Shown here: positions 27,637 through 37,660 of the stretch, piece after piece
How positions within the stretch are numbered: position 1 is the stretch's first letter
How the letters are laid out: every line of letters starts with the position of its first letter
Source of the DNA: Candidatus Velthaea sp.
GTDB taxonomy: Bacteria; Vulcanimicrobiota; Vulcanimicrobiia; Vulcanimicrobiales; Vulcanimicrobiaceae
DNA: 64,000 nt
Reading direction: 5' to 3'
Assembly (NCBI GenBank): GCA_965214935.1
Contig: CBDCCS010000022.1
Span: forward strand, 320,001 to 384,000
Made by a program: the position numbers and the translations under genes
Notes under the pieces: model-generated
Databases searched by the model: none
What the model was told of the DNA's origin: nothing
The model's input: the letters and a program-made list of their open reading frames with translations, nothing else

Positions 27637-29058
27637 ATGAGCACTTTGGTCAACGGCACGGCGACCCGCGTTGAATCGGACAGTATGGGCAAAATCGAGG
27701 TTCCGGCCGACCGGTATTACGGCGCTCAATCTGCCCGCTCGCTCATTCACTTCGACATCGGCGACGGCCATGCCGCGCGCGATGTCATGCCGACGCAAAT
27801 AATCCGCGCCATGGCACTGCTCAAAAAAGCCGCTGCGCTCGTCAATGCCGATCTCGGCAAACTCGATGCGGAGAAGACCAGACTCATTGTGGCGGCAGCC
27901 GATGAAGTGATTGCCGGTCGCTTAGCGGAGCATTTTCCGCTGCGTGTATGGCAGACGGGTTCGGGCACGCAGACCAACATGAACGTCAACGAAGTCATCA
28001 GCAATCGTGCCATCGAGATAGCCGGCGGAGAGATGGGTTCGAAACAACCGATTCACCCCAACGACCACGTGAATATGTCGCAGTCGTCGAACGACACGTT
28101 TCCAACCGCAATGCACATGGCGGCAGCCGAGGCGATGGTCGCGTTGCTCCCGGCCGTCCGCGCGTTACGCGACGCACTCGACGGCAAAGCACAGCAGTGG
28201 GCGACGATCGTCAAGGTTGGCCGCACGCATTTACAGGACGCCACGCCGCTCACCCTCGGTCAGGAGTTCTCCGGGTACGTCTCGCAGCTCGACCGCGATG
28301 TCGTGCGCTGCAACGAAGCCCTCGACGGCCTCTACGATCTTGCAATCGGCGGCACGGCAGTCGGCACGGGTCTCAATGCACCGGCGGAATTTGCCGAACG
28401 CGCGGCGAGCAAGATCGCCGAACTCACCGGCTTACCGTTTCGTTCGCATCCCAACAAGTTCGCGGCACTCGCGTCGCACGACGAAGTCGTCTATGCGTCG
28501 GGGGCGCTGAAAACGCTGGCTGCTTCGTTGATGAAGATCGCTAACGATGTGCGTTGGCTGGCATCCGGTCCGCGGGCCGGCATCGGCGAGCTCATACTGC
28601 CTGAAAATGAGCCGGGGTCTTCGATCATGCCGGGCAAAGTCAATCCGACGCAATCCGAAGCGATGACGATGGTGTGCGTTCAGGTGTTCGGTAACGATGT
28701 AGCCATCGGCTTCGGCGGTTCGCAAGGCAATTTCGAGCTCAATGTTTTCAATCCGGTGATGATTTATAATTTTTTGCATTCGACGACATTGCTGCGCGAT
28801 GCGTGTACGATGTTCCGCGAGCACGCCGTCGAGGGGCTTGAAGCAAACGAAGCGGTGATCAAACACTATCTTGATGATTCGCTCATGACGGTGACTGCGC
28901 TCTCACCGCATATCGGCTACGATAAATCGGCGGAAATTGCAAAGAAAGCGCATCACGACAAAACGCAACTCAAAGATGCAGCGCTTGCACTCGGCTACGT
29001 GAACAGCGACGATTTCGATCGTTTCGTCGTTCCCGCCGACATGACACATCCACGCTAA
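27637..29058 (+). CDS. fumC: Fumarate hydratase class II
   Basis: [41 protein letters not shown]. Confidence 0.97.
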   Translation: MSTLVNGTATRVESDSMGKIEVPADRYYGAQSARSLIHFDIGDGHAARDVMPTQIIRAMALLKKAAALVNADLGKLDAEKTRLIVAAADEVIAGRLAEHFPLRVWQTGSGTQTNMNVNEVISNRAIEIAGGEMGSKQPIHPNDHVNMSQSSNDTFPTAMHMAAAEAMVALLPAVRALRDALDGKAQQWATIVKVGRTHLQDATPLTLGQEFSGYVSQLDRDVVRCNEALDGLYDLAIGGTAVGTGLNAPAEFAERAASKIAELTGLPFRSHPNKFAALASHDEVVYASGALKTLAASLMKIANDVRWLASGPRAGIGELILPENEPGSSIMPGKVNPTQSEAMTMVCVQVFGNDVAIGFGGSQGNFELNVFNPVMIYNFLHSTTLLRDACTMFREHAVEGLEANEAVIKHYLDDSLMTVTALSPHIGYDKSAEIAKKAHHDKTQLKDAALALGYVNSDDFDRFVVPADMTHPR

Positions 29059-29111
29059 CGAGCGGCTCAACCTACGCCAAGCCGCGGACGCGCTAACCGA
29101 ACCGGAGATTG

Positions 29112-29486
29112 ATGGAACTTCGCACCCTTGAGGAAACATTTGCCATTACCCGGCTGGCCGCCGATCAAGCGGTGCCGCCATGGGTCGGCGGTAAGGACCT
29201 GATCGCGGTCGTTCGCACCCGAAACGAACTATCGATCGTTTGCAGCGACGCTACGGTACCCGCCAACGTCACGGAAGTTCAGCGCGGCTTCAAGGCCTTG
29301 GTCGTGACCGGCACGCTTGATTTTGCGCTTACAGGGATCATCGCCGATCTCGCAAAGCCGCTGGCCGCTGCGGGAATCTCCATTTTCGGCATCTCAACGT
29401 ACGATACCGATCATATCCTGGTTCGTGAAGAAAGCCTCGATTCGGCGAAAAACGCATTAGCCGCCGCCGGTCACTCATTTCGTTAG
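29112..29486 (+). CDS. ACT-domain protein (CASTOR/ACT_7-like)
   Basis: RTRNELSIVC, LDFALTGIIA, GISIFGISTYDTDHILV. Confidence 0.88.
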   Translation: MELRTLEETFAITRLAADQAVPPWVGGKDLIAVVRTRNELSIVCSDATVPANVTEVQRGFKALVVTGTLDFALTGIIADLAKPLAAAGISIFGISTYDTDHILVREESLDSAKNALAAAGHSFR

Positions 29487-29548
29487 CGGACGTCGCCGAA
29501 ATCAGGGCGAGGCAAGGCGTCATTCGCTTCTCGCCTAAGCAGCGGCCG

Positions 29549-31444
29549 GTGGTGAAAGCCATGATTGCCGCGGCCGTCTTTGCCGCTTTACCGCCGGCAT
29601 ACGCATCTGCGACAACAACGACGGTGACGCTCAGCGTCGATGCAACCGACGCACCACGACAAGTTTGGCACGCTCGGCTCGCGATCCCGATCACGTCGGA
29701 CGGCGACATCACACTGGTCTATCCGAAATGGATCCCGGGCAATCACGGGCCGACCGGTCCGATCGCCAACCTCGGTTCGCTGCGCGCTGCATGTAACGGC
29801 GCTCCGGTTGCCTGGACGCGCGATACCGTCGATCCGTATATGTTTCGCTTCGCGGTGCCGCCGGGCGCGCACGAACTCGACGTCAGCTACGATCTTTTCG
29901 AGGGAACGCGCGCGGCGGCAAACATGACGCCTCAACTTGCCGTTCTCGATTGGAATCAAGTCGTGCTGTATCCCAAGGATGCGCGCGCGCGTGACGTAAC
30001 GGTGGCAGCGGACATCGAGCTGCCCACCGGCTGGACTGCGGCAACCTCCTTATCACCGAGCAGCGCGACGACCGGATTTACTCCGCTACGCGGTCACGTG
30101 CGCTTTGCAACGGTAACGCTCGAAACGCTGGTCGACTCGCCGCTTTACACCGGTGCGCACGAACGGGTCGTGCCGCTCGTCAATGCGCGCGGGATGACCA
30201 GCGAGGTCGATCTCTTCGCCGACGCCACGAGCGATATCGATCCGACTTCGCTGCAAATCGCCCGCTGGCATAATCTCGTGACTCAAGCCGACGCATTGTT
30301 CGGCCGGCGTCATTGGCAGCACTATCACTTTCTCGTTACGTTGAGCGACGCCGAATCAGGACGCGGTCTCGAACATCATGAGTCGAGTGCGAACGGCCTG
30401 CCCGAGCGCTATCTCAGCGATAGCGATATCTATGAAGCCGGCTCGGATCTGCTCGCGCACGAATATACACACTCGTGGAACGGCAAATACCGCCGCCCGT
30501 TCGGCTTGATGACGCCGAACTTTCAAGTGCCGATGATCGACGACGATCTCTACGTCTATGAAGGCTTGACGCAATATTGGGGCATCGTACTAGCCGCGCG
30601 CAGCGGTTTGTCGCGCAGCGGTGAACTCGCGTACGATCTCTCGAGTTATTATGCGGCGCTCGACGTCGAACCCGGCCGCTCCACCCGTCCGCTCATCGAT
30701 ACGGCGCGCGCGCAGGGCTTGACGCGCGCAGCACAATCCGCGCAGGGACGATTCGCGCGCCGCGGCGAGGATTATTACACCGAAGGTGCGTTGATCTGGC
30801 TCGACGCCGACACGCTCATTCGCGAACGCACGCACGGTCGCAAGTCGCTCGACGATTTTGCACGCGCATTTTTCGGCGGCAGCGCCGATACGCCGCCGGC
30901 GGTCATCGGATATACACGACGCGATATTATTGCTGCGCTCAATGATGTGCTGGCGTACGACTGGACCGGCTTTTTCCATACACGTGTCGACGTCATCGCA
31001 ATTCATCCGCCGAACGGCGGGCTCGCGCGCGGCGGACGGCACCTTACCTTCACCTCGGAGCGGAACGACTTTCAGATTGCGCGCGAACGCATGACGCACA
31101 CGCTCGATGCAACGTACTCCCTGGGGACGGCCGTCGACGCCGATGGAACCGTCCGCTTCACGATCGATACGCTGCCGCTCGCACGTGCGGGCGTCGCGGC
31201 GGGTGCAAAGATTCTCGCAGTGAACGACGCGGAGTACTCGCTCGACCGCTTGCGGCTAGCTTTGCACGGCGCACGGAGCGAAGGGACGCCGATCACTTTG
31301 ATCCTCGACGATCTCGGCGTGATCCGGCGAGTGACCGTCGATTACCACGGCGGCGAACGGTATCCGCAACTGGTGCGCGATCCGGAGCGCGCCGACATTC
31401 TCGCGCAGATCGGCGCGCCCGTCAGCGTGCGGCCGAGGCGATGA
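29549..31444 (+). CDS. M61 glycyl aminopeptidase-family protein, copy 1
   Basis: YPKWIPGNH, GLEHHESS, LAHEYTHSWNGKYRRP, VYEGLTQY; signal peptide and PDZ-like tail. Confidence 0.92.
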   Translation: MVKAMIAAAVFAALPPAYASATTTTVTLSVDATDAPRQVWHARLAIPITSDGDITLVYPKWIPGNHGPTGPIANLGSLRAACNGAPVAWTRDTVDPYMFRFAVPPGAHELDVSYDLFEGTRAAANMTPQLAVLDWNQVVLYPKDARARDVTVAADIELPTGWTAATSLSPSSATTGFTPLRGHVRFATVTLETLVDSPLYTGAHERVVPLVNARGMTSEVDLFADATSDIDPTSLQIARWHNLVTQADALFGRRHWQHYHFLVTLSDAESGRGLEHHESSANGLPERYLSDSDIYEAGSDLLAHEYTHSWNGKYRRPFGLMTPNFQVPMIDDDLYVYEGLTQYWGIVLAARSGLSRSGELAYDLSSYYAALDVEPGRSTRPLIDTARAQGLTRAAQSAQGRFARRGEDYYTEGALIWLDADTLIRERTHGRKSLDDFARAFFGGSADTPPAVIGYTRRDIIAALNDVLAYDWTGFFHTRVDVIAIHPPNGGLARGGRHLTFTSERNDFQIARERMTHTLDATYSLGTAVDADGTVRFTIDTLPLARAGVAAGAKILAVNDAEYSLDRLRLALHGARSEGTPITLILDDLGVIRRVTVDYHGGERYPQLVRDPERADILAQIGAPVSVRPRR

Positions 31445-33321
31445 TGCGCGTTGTTCCGGCGCTGCTGTCTTGCGCAGCATTGCTCGAGCTCAGCAGTCTG
31501 TCGGCGCATGCCGCGACGGCGCAGATTGCACCGCCGTTGACATTGCTGGTCGATGCGCGCGAGATTTCACGCAACGTCGTGCACGTGCGGCTCGACGTCC
31601 CCGTCAGCGGCGGCGCAACGATTTTGAACTTTCCGAAGTGGGTGCCCGGTGAACACGCGCCGGCGAACCCGGTTGTCGATCTGGCGATGCTGCAAGCTTC
31701 GGCGAACGGTGCCATTGTGCCGTGGGTGCGCGATCCCGTCGACCTGTTTCGCTTCACCTTTAGCGCACCGGCCGGTGCCACCGACTTAACATTGCGCTAC
31801 GACTTCTTGTTGGCGCCCGGTCATGCAACATCGCGACTAGCGCTCATGGACTGGAACTCCACGCTGTTGTATCCCGCCGGGGCGCGCATCGGCGAGCAGA
31901 CGGTCATGCCGTCGGTGCTGCTGCCGGCCGGCTGGGCCGTTGCGACGGCCCTTGACGGACCGGTTCGCAGTCCCGGCCGAATCGACTTCGGGCTCGTCAC
32001 CATCGAGCGGCTATTCGACTCGCCGCTGCTTGCCGGTGCCAACCTGACGACCGTTGCGCTAGCGCCGGCAGCCGAACTCGATGTAGCGAGCGACTCACCG
32101 TCACCGGTCGTTATCGAAAGCGCGGTACGGACGCATTTCGGCAAGCTTGTCGCCGAGGCGCAAGCGCTGTTCGGCGCGCATCACTGGCGCGCGCCATATC
32201 GCTTCCTCGTCAGCGCTACGGATGCCATCGGTTACACCGGTCTCGAGCATCATGAGTCGAGTTGGAACGGCGTCGACACATCGACCTTAGCAACGTCGGC
32301 GGCAACGAAACGCTTTGCCGGAGATTTGCTTTGCCATGAGTTCGTCCACTCATGGAACGGAAAATACCGGCGCCCCGCCGGCCTCGTGCGCGCCGATTAT
32401 CAGTCCGATGAAACAACCGATCTGCTGTGGGTCTACGAAGGCCTGACCGAATACTATAGCGATGTGCTCGCCGTACGGGCGGGCTTTTGGACGCCGGCTG
32501 AATATCGGGCTGCGCTGGCGGCAAAGTACGCCTATCTTGATACCGAGACCGGCCGCGCGACGCGTTCGCTGGCCGATACGACGTTTCAAGCTCGATTGAG
32601 TGCGGGCCGCGCCGCGTTCCCGGGAGCGCGACGGTCGGGCGAAGAGTACTACGACGAAGGCGAACTCATGTGGCTCGACGCCGACACGCTCATTCGCGAA
32701 CGGTCGCATGGACGCCGTTCGCTCGACGATTTCGCCGCCGCCTTTTTCGGCGGCACGGACGGACCGCCGGCGGTCGTTTCTTACACGCGTGCCGACGTCG
32801 TCGCTGCGCTCAACACGGTTGCGCCGAACGATTGGGAGGGCTTCCTGGCCGCGCGGCTCGACCGACCGACGATGCATCCGCCGCTCGGCGGCATCGTGCG
32901 CGGCGGCTATCGGCTGAACTTTGAAGCGAAGCCGGCGGTCAGCAATCCGTCGATGCGCATCGGCGGCTCGGAGAACGATCTGCGTTACAGCTTGGGCGCA
33001 CGCGTATCGGAATCAGGTGCCGTTACCGACGTCATCGGGGGAAGCCCGGCTGCGCTCGGCGGACTCGTTCCGGGAATGACGCTTGTCGCGGTTGACGACC
33101 GGCGCTACAGCCAATCCGAACTGACCGCGGCGATCGCCGGCGCGGCAACGACGCGCCGGCCGATCGCGCTACTCGTCAACGATCGCCAAACGTTCGAAAC
33201 GAAAAGCATTGAGTATACCGGCGGAGCGCGTTTTCCGATTCTGGCGCGCAGCCCCGGAAGTGAACCGATTATCGACGCGATCACCCAACCGCGGCTCGCG
33301 GTGCGCCGCGCCGGCAAGTAA
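31441..33321 (+). CDS. M61 glycyl aminopeptidase-family protein, copy 2
   Basis: FPKWVPGEH, GLEHHESS, LCHEFVHSWNGKYRRP, WVYEGLTEY, GSPAALGGL (PDZ). Confidence 0.92.
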   Translation: MMRVVPALLSCAALLELSSLSAHAATAQIAPPLTLLVDAREISRNVVHVRLDVPVSGGATILNFPKWVPGEHAPANPVVDLAMLQASANGAIVPWVRDPVDLFRFTFSAPAGATDLTLRYDFLLAPGHATSRLALMDWNSTLLYPAGARIGEQTVMPSVLLPAGWAVATALDGPVRSPGRIDFGLVTIERLFDSPLLAGANLTTVALAPAAELDVASDSPSPVVIESAVRTHFGKLVAEAQALFGAHHWRAPYRFLVSATDAIGYTGLEHHESSWNGVDTSTLATSAATKRFAGDLLCHEFVHSWNGKYRRPAGLVRADYQSDETTDLLWVYEGLTEYYSDVLAVRAGFWTPAEYRAALAAKYAYLDTETGRATRSLADTTFQARLSAGRAAFPGARRSGEEYYDEGELMWLDADTLIRERSHGRRSLDDFAAAFFGGTDGPPAVVSYTRADVVAALNTVAPNDWEGFLAARLDRPTMHPPLGGIVRGGYRLNFEAKPAVSNPSMRIGGSENDLRYSLGARVSESGAVTDVIGGSPAALGGLVPGMTLVAVDDRRYSQSELTAAIAGAATTRRPIALLVNDRQTFETKSIEYTGGARFPILARSPGSEPIIDAITQPRLAVRRAGK

Positions 33322-33353
33322 CACCGCAAACGCCCGTTCTCAAGCTAACGAAA

Positions 33354-34154
33354 GTGACGCTTTTGCTGATTCATCCGCTCGATGCTGCCGCCTCGGTTCC
33401 CGACGTTACCACGTATTTCGACGTCTATGCAGAACGAAGTTTGAGCGCACGACAACGCTTCGGCGTTCAACGAAATCTCGCGTACGGCGCCAGTCCCATC
33501 GAAAGCCTCGACTTCTTTTCAGCCGGCGCAGGCACGCCGCTGGCGGTATTTTTTCACGGCGGTTATTGGCGTCGGCGCGACAAAGACGACTTCTCGTTCA
33601 TTGCAAACGGCTTGATTCCTAACGGAATATCTTTTGCGTCGGTCAACTACGGTCTGGCGCCTGAAACGCGCTTAGCGGAGATCGTCGAACAATGTCGCCG
33701 GGCCGTTACCTGGGTGTATGCCAATGCAGCAACGCTCGATGTCGATTCCGAGCGCATAAGCGTATTCGGTCATTCGGCCGGCGGTCATCTCAGCGCGATG
33801 ACGGCCGTGACGCTGCCGGTCCATGCACTCGTAACGATCAGCGGATTGCACGACCTCATCCCCGTGCAGCAGTCATTCGTTAATGAGTGGCTCCGGCTGT
33901 CCGAGCACGAGGCGCGTGAACTCAGCCCGATTGCGTATCGCCCCGCGCACGGCTGCCGGGTGTATGCAACGACCGGTGCACTCGAATCGCCCGATTTTCG
34001 AGCGCAAGGCCGTTCGCTCGTCGACGCCTGGTCAGTCTATGGTCTCGAGGCCCGTTACGAAGATTCGCCCGGCGACAATCATTTCAGCATCTGTCATCGC
34101 CTCGCCGATCCAAGCGATCCGCTCACGCAAACGATCGTCTCAATGACACGGTAG
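33354..34154 (+). CDS. Alpha/beta hydrolase (arylformamidase-like)
   Basis: FFHGGYW, GHSAGGHL, ISGLHDL, DNHFSI. Confidence 0.88.
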   Translation: MTLLLIHPLDAAASVPDVTTYFDVYAERSLSARQRFGVQRNLAYGASPIESLDFFSAGAGTPLAVFFHGGYWRRRDKDDFSFIANGLIPNGISFASVNYGLAPETRLAEIVEQCRRAVTWVYANAATLDVDSERISVFGHSAGGHLSAMTAVTLPVHALVTISGLHDLIPVQQSFVNEWLRLSEHEARELSPIAYRPAHGCRVYATTGALESPDFRAQGRSLVDAWSVYGLEARYEDSPGDNHFSICHRLADPSDPLTQTIVSMTR

Positions 34155-34670
34155 CGACACGGATACACCGGCAAGCGCGTAGCTTGCGCGTCGCCCCGGC
34201 GTGCAATCATCGCGGACGACGTTTGCAAAGTGTCATTCATATGGGTGCGGAGCGCTCAGCTCGTGGGAACCGGCGTACACGTTGGCGACGAAACGCATGA
34301 TTTCGCACGCGCTCACCTATCGAGCACCGACGATTCGGTGCGCTAGCGGTTTGAACCGAACGATCGCCGTCGTGCATCGGCAAATAGCGAGAAGTCGCTG
34401 TAACGCCGCGCGTTTGACGACCGTTCCATCCGCAACGAGTTTCAAGAGCTGCACAAAGCCGACCAACTCATCTTAGCTCGTTGCCTAATTGTGAGTGCGA
34501 GCGACGGACGGCGCGATGCGAGCAGTTAGATCCGATTAAACTTGTTTTCGTTGATTTAAGAAAAATTTTGCCGAAGACGTTAACAGTAGCAAACTCTGCA
34601 ACAATATTATTTAACGCTTCCTTATGCTTTCAAGGAACGCTTAATATGCGTTGCTAACTCGCTCGCTTTT

Positions 34671-34703
34671 TCGTAATCCATTACGAGCGCCTCGTTACAC
34701 GAG
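34671..34703. promoter_or_regulatory. Paired palindromes in an AT-rich upstream region; candidate operator
   Basis: TCGTAAT-CC-ATTACGA (34671-34686) and CTCGT-TAC-ACGAG (34691-34703). Confidence 0.4.
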
Positions 34704-34815
34704 CTTAATTTTTCGTTCGAACGCTCTGCTTGCAATTCGCTTTTCGACGATGCTAAATTGATCTCGCTTGAATTAATTGAGCTTGCACGTCTGATAAATA
34801 AATCGGAGTTAATGA

Positions 34816-35379
34816 ATGATAAATAAACTACTGATAAGAGCATCGCTGCTGTTAAGCGTTCTGCTAGTAAGCTTGCCTGCGATTGCTGCGACGACGCCGA
34901 AGACGGCACATGCTGCGCTGAACATTGCCGGAAGTAAAAGTCTTGCCGGTGCCAGCGGCACCCGAATCCGACAATTCAGTACGATACGCGCGGACGTTCT
35001 GCTCATCGATGACGGTACGAATTTGACTGTAAACGGACAAGGCGTCGGATTCAACGCATCGCTATCGTACACGTCGTTTTTTTACGGTACGGGATCGGTG
35101 CAATACGGATCGCTGGCTTGCATTCCGCCCAACCCGAACAATCTTACAGCAACGCAGATGATTACCGCCTATTGGTTACCGGTCGGCAGCACACGGCGAA
35201 CCTTGACGGTGGTGAAGACCGGCGCGTCGTACGTTCCATTGTCGGCAATCGGCACGATGTCCGTGCGGTACGACAGCACGCCGACGCTTCCGTTAGCGAC
35301 CAATCTCAACCCTGGTCGGTATTGGCTCAACTCATGCGGATCGATCTATTCCTTTAGCGACGCCCAAGCAAAGAAATGA
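34816..35379 (+). CDS. Secreted hypothetical protein (beta-rich, two Cys)
   Basis: GGAG RBS, signal peptide ending ...VSLPAIA, ATGA overlap with the next gene. Confidence 0.8.
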   Translation: MINKLLIRASLLLSVLLVSLPAIAATTPKTAHAALNIAGSKSLAGASGTRIRQFSTIRADVLLIDDGTNLTVNGQGVGFNASLSYTSFFYGTGSVQYGSLACIPPNPNNLTATQMITAYWLPVGSTRRTLTVVKTGASYVPLSAIGTMSVRYDSTPTLPLATNLNPGRYWLNSCGSIYSFSDAQAKK

Positions 35380-36875
35380 CGTTTCGGCTGCCGAGCCTAG
35401 CACTTGCGGCTTGGGTCATCGTATGCAGCTTTCCGCCGGCCGCGCGCGCGCAGCCGGCGGATCCGCTCGCGGGTGAAACGGTTGTCGCTATTTGGAATGA
35501 GGCGACGCTCGAAGCGATACGTGAGGCGAGTATACCGGCGCCGATTGCCGCGCGCGCACTTGCGATCGTTAATACGGCGATGTACGACGCATGGTCGGCT
35601 TACGATAGCGCCGCGATCGGCACGGACGGCACCGCACGCCTCAAACGGTTGGTGCGCATGCATGACGAACGGCACATGCAGCGGGCGATTGCAATCGCCG
35701 CCTTTTATGCCCTACGCGATGTCTGCGCGGTGCCGATGGCGGACACGACACTGGCGCAAACCGGGCAACCACTGGGACAGGGCGACGAAGCAGAACGGAT
35801 CGGACAAGCGGCCGCCGCCGCCGTTCTTGCCACACGCCATAACGACGGCTCGAATCAGCTCGGCGATCGCCACGCCGGATTTTATTCCGACTACACGGCA
35901 TATCACGCGGTCAACACGCCCGAACGTGTAGCCGATCCCAATCATTGGCAACCGCTGCTTGTTTACCACGAAGACGGCTCGTTCCGCACGCAACATTTCT
36001 TGGTACCGCAATGGGGTGATGTTCGCCCGTTTGCAGCAGACATTCACCGTTTGACGGCCGCGCTTGACGCGCCCGCGCATGTTGGTGAAGCGAAATTTCA
36101 GCAGCAAGCGCAAGACCTGCTCGACATTAGTGCACAGCTCACCGATCGCCAAAAGGCCATAGCCGAGTACTGGTCCGACGGGATGATGACCGATTCTCCG
36201 CCCGGGCACTGGATGCGTTTCGGCATTTGGATCTCGAAGCGCGACCGGCATGACGCCGGAACCGATGCCAGGATGTTCTTCACCCTCTCCAACGCTCTAC
36301 TCGATGCCGGCATACTCTGCTGGCATGTGAAACGGGTCAACGATTCGGAACGGCCGATCACCGCAATTCATGCGCTGTTCGCCGGCCGAACCGTTCGCGC
36401 ATGGGCGGGACCCGGAAAAGGAACAGCTGCAATCGATGGAGCCGCCTGGCAGCCGTATCAGCCTCCCGAGGTCGTCACACCGGCCTTTCCTGAATTCTTC
36501 TCCGGTCATAGTACCTTTAGTGCAGCTGCCGCCGAAGTGTTGCGCCGTTTTACCGGCAGCGATCGCTTCGGTGCCTCGTATACGCAATTACCCGGCACCT
36601 CGATCGTCGATCCGGGTGAGCCGCGACGTCCGGTAACGCTGGCCTGGGCAACGTTTTCGCAAGCCGCCGATGAGGCCGGGATGTCGCGTCGCTACGGCGG
36701 CATTCACTTTGAGGACGCGGATCTCGCAGGCCGGCGGTCGGGCCGCGCCGTCGGCGCTGCGGCGTACGACCGCGCTCACGCTTTTATCACCGGCACCATC
36801 GAGAACGGCGCGCCCGGAATGCTGGCCGTCGAACGCGATTCCGTCAAAACGAAGCGTGCCGTACAGGCACCGTAA
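35376..36875 (+). CDS. Secreted vanadium-dependent haloperoxidase-like protein (PAP2 superfamily)
   Basis: KRVNDSERP (Kx6RP), PAFPEFFSGHS, SRRYGGIHF, PPGHW; signal peptide. Confidence 0.88.
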   Translation: MTFRLPSLALAAWVIVCSFPPAARAQPADPLAGETVVAIWNEATLEAIREASIPAPIAARALAIVNTAMYDAWSAYDSAAIGTDGTARLKRLVRMHDERHMQRAIAIAAFYALRDVCAVPMADTTLAQTGQPLGQGDEAERIGQAAAAAVLATRHNDGSNQLGDRHAGFYSDYTAYHAVNTPERVADPNHWQPLLVYHEDGSFRTQHFLVPQWGDVRPFAADIHRLTAALDAPAHVGEAKFQQQAQDLLDISAQLTDRQKAIAEYWSDGMMTDSPPGHWMRFGIWISKRDRHDAGTDARMFFTLSNALLDAGILCWHVKRVNDSERPITAIHALFAGRTVRAWAGPGKGTAAIDGAAWQPYQPPEVVTPAFPEFFSGHSTFSAAAAEVLRRFTGSDRFGASYTQLPGTSIVDPGEPRRPVTLAWATFSQAADEAGMSRRYGGIHFEDADLAGRRSGRAVGAAAYDRAHAFITGTIENGAPGMLAVERDSVKTKRAVQAP

Positions 36876-36919
36876 GAAACGACGAACCCGAACGCTCGCG
36901 CGTGCAATACGAAATGAGA

Positions 36920-36941
36920 GCGGACAGCTAGAGCTGTCCGC
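36920..36941. terminator. Stem-loop between convergent genes
   Basis: GCGGACAGC-TAGA-GCTGTCCGC perfect 9-bp stem; no clear U-tract. Confidence 0.45.
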
Positions 36942-37563
36942 GCGCGGAAAGTACGGCAATCCAGATATACTAGATGCTTTGAGCAATAAAGATAGCCATC
37001 ACTGTCTGCAGTGTCAGGTACGAACCGGCGACCGCCGGTAGCGTAACGGTCACGCCGGCGCAAGTGCGCCCGGATCGCGGGCAAGATCGAGCGACCACGC
37101 GGCAATTGCGATTGCCATCGCAACGACGCCGAATGCGGTCATCACGTCGACTGATACCGAGCAAGCCGTGAGCACGTTCATAGCCGCATCTTGCGACGGC
37201 GCGAAAGCTGCGGCGAAACGTGCAGCGAGCCGCGGAATGACAAAACCATCGACGCGGCCCGCGGCCAATAGTGCACCGAACCCGAGGCTGAAGAGGATCA
37301 GCCCGGTGATGACCGGCCAGCGTGAAAGTCCCCGGCCGCGTGCATAATTTACGAAAGCGACGAGCAGCGCACTTAGCAGCAGCAGCAACGTTCCATGCAC
37401 GAGCATGTCGCGCACCCCGAGCGTCATTATTTCGCGCAACGCCGCCTGCGGTGCCGTGATGCCCGATCACGTGCGGATGCAGCGCGAGGGCGATGATCCC
37501 AAGCAGTGCCGCGCCGGCAGTCGAACCAGCTGCGCGCAGGACAGCGCCGCGTCTAGCTACCAT
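36928..37563 (-). pseudogene. Disrupted multi-TM membrane protein
   Basis: The hydrophobic reading switches between ORFs 36970-37563 and 37050-37439 (shifts near 37445 and 37070), with an in-frame TAG in FIAQSI*YIWIAVLSARGQL*. Confidence 0.7.
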
Positions 37564-37593
37564 GCTTGCAACGTTAGCACGGTCGCGGCTATT

Positions 37594-37660
37594 GCTTATG
37601 GAACACGAACCGACGTTGTCCGGAGACGGACCATAAGCGGAGCGTGTCTGGAGAACAGAC
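37594..37660. promoter_or_regulatory. Candidate TetR operators in the divergent intergenic region
   Basis: GTCCG-GAGA-CGGAC (37618-37631), related GTCTG-GAGAA-CAGAC (37646-37660), and the GCTTATGG...CCATAAGC inverted repeat. Confidence 0.5.

Noticed and set aside
34201..34476. ORF or gene remnant in the gap after the alpha/beta hydrolase
   Set aside because: No RBS or recognisable motif on either strand.
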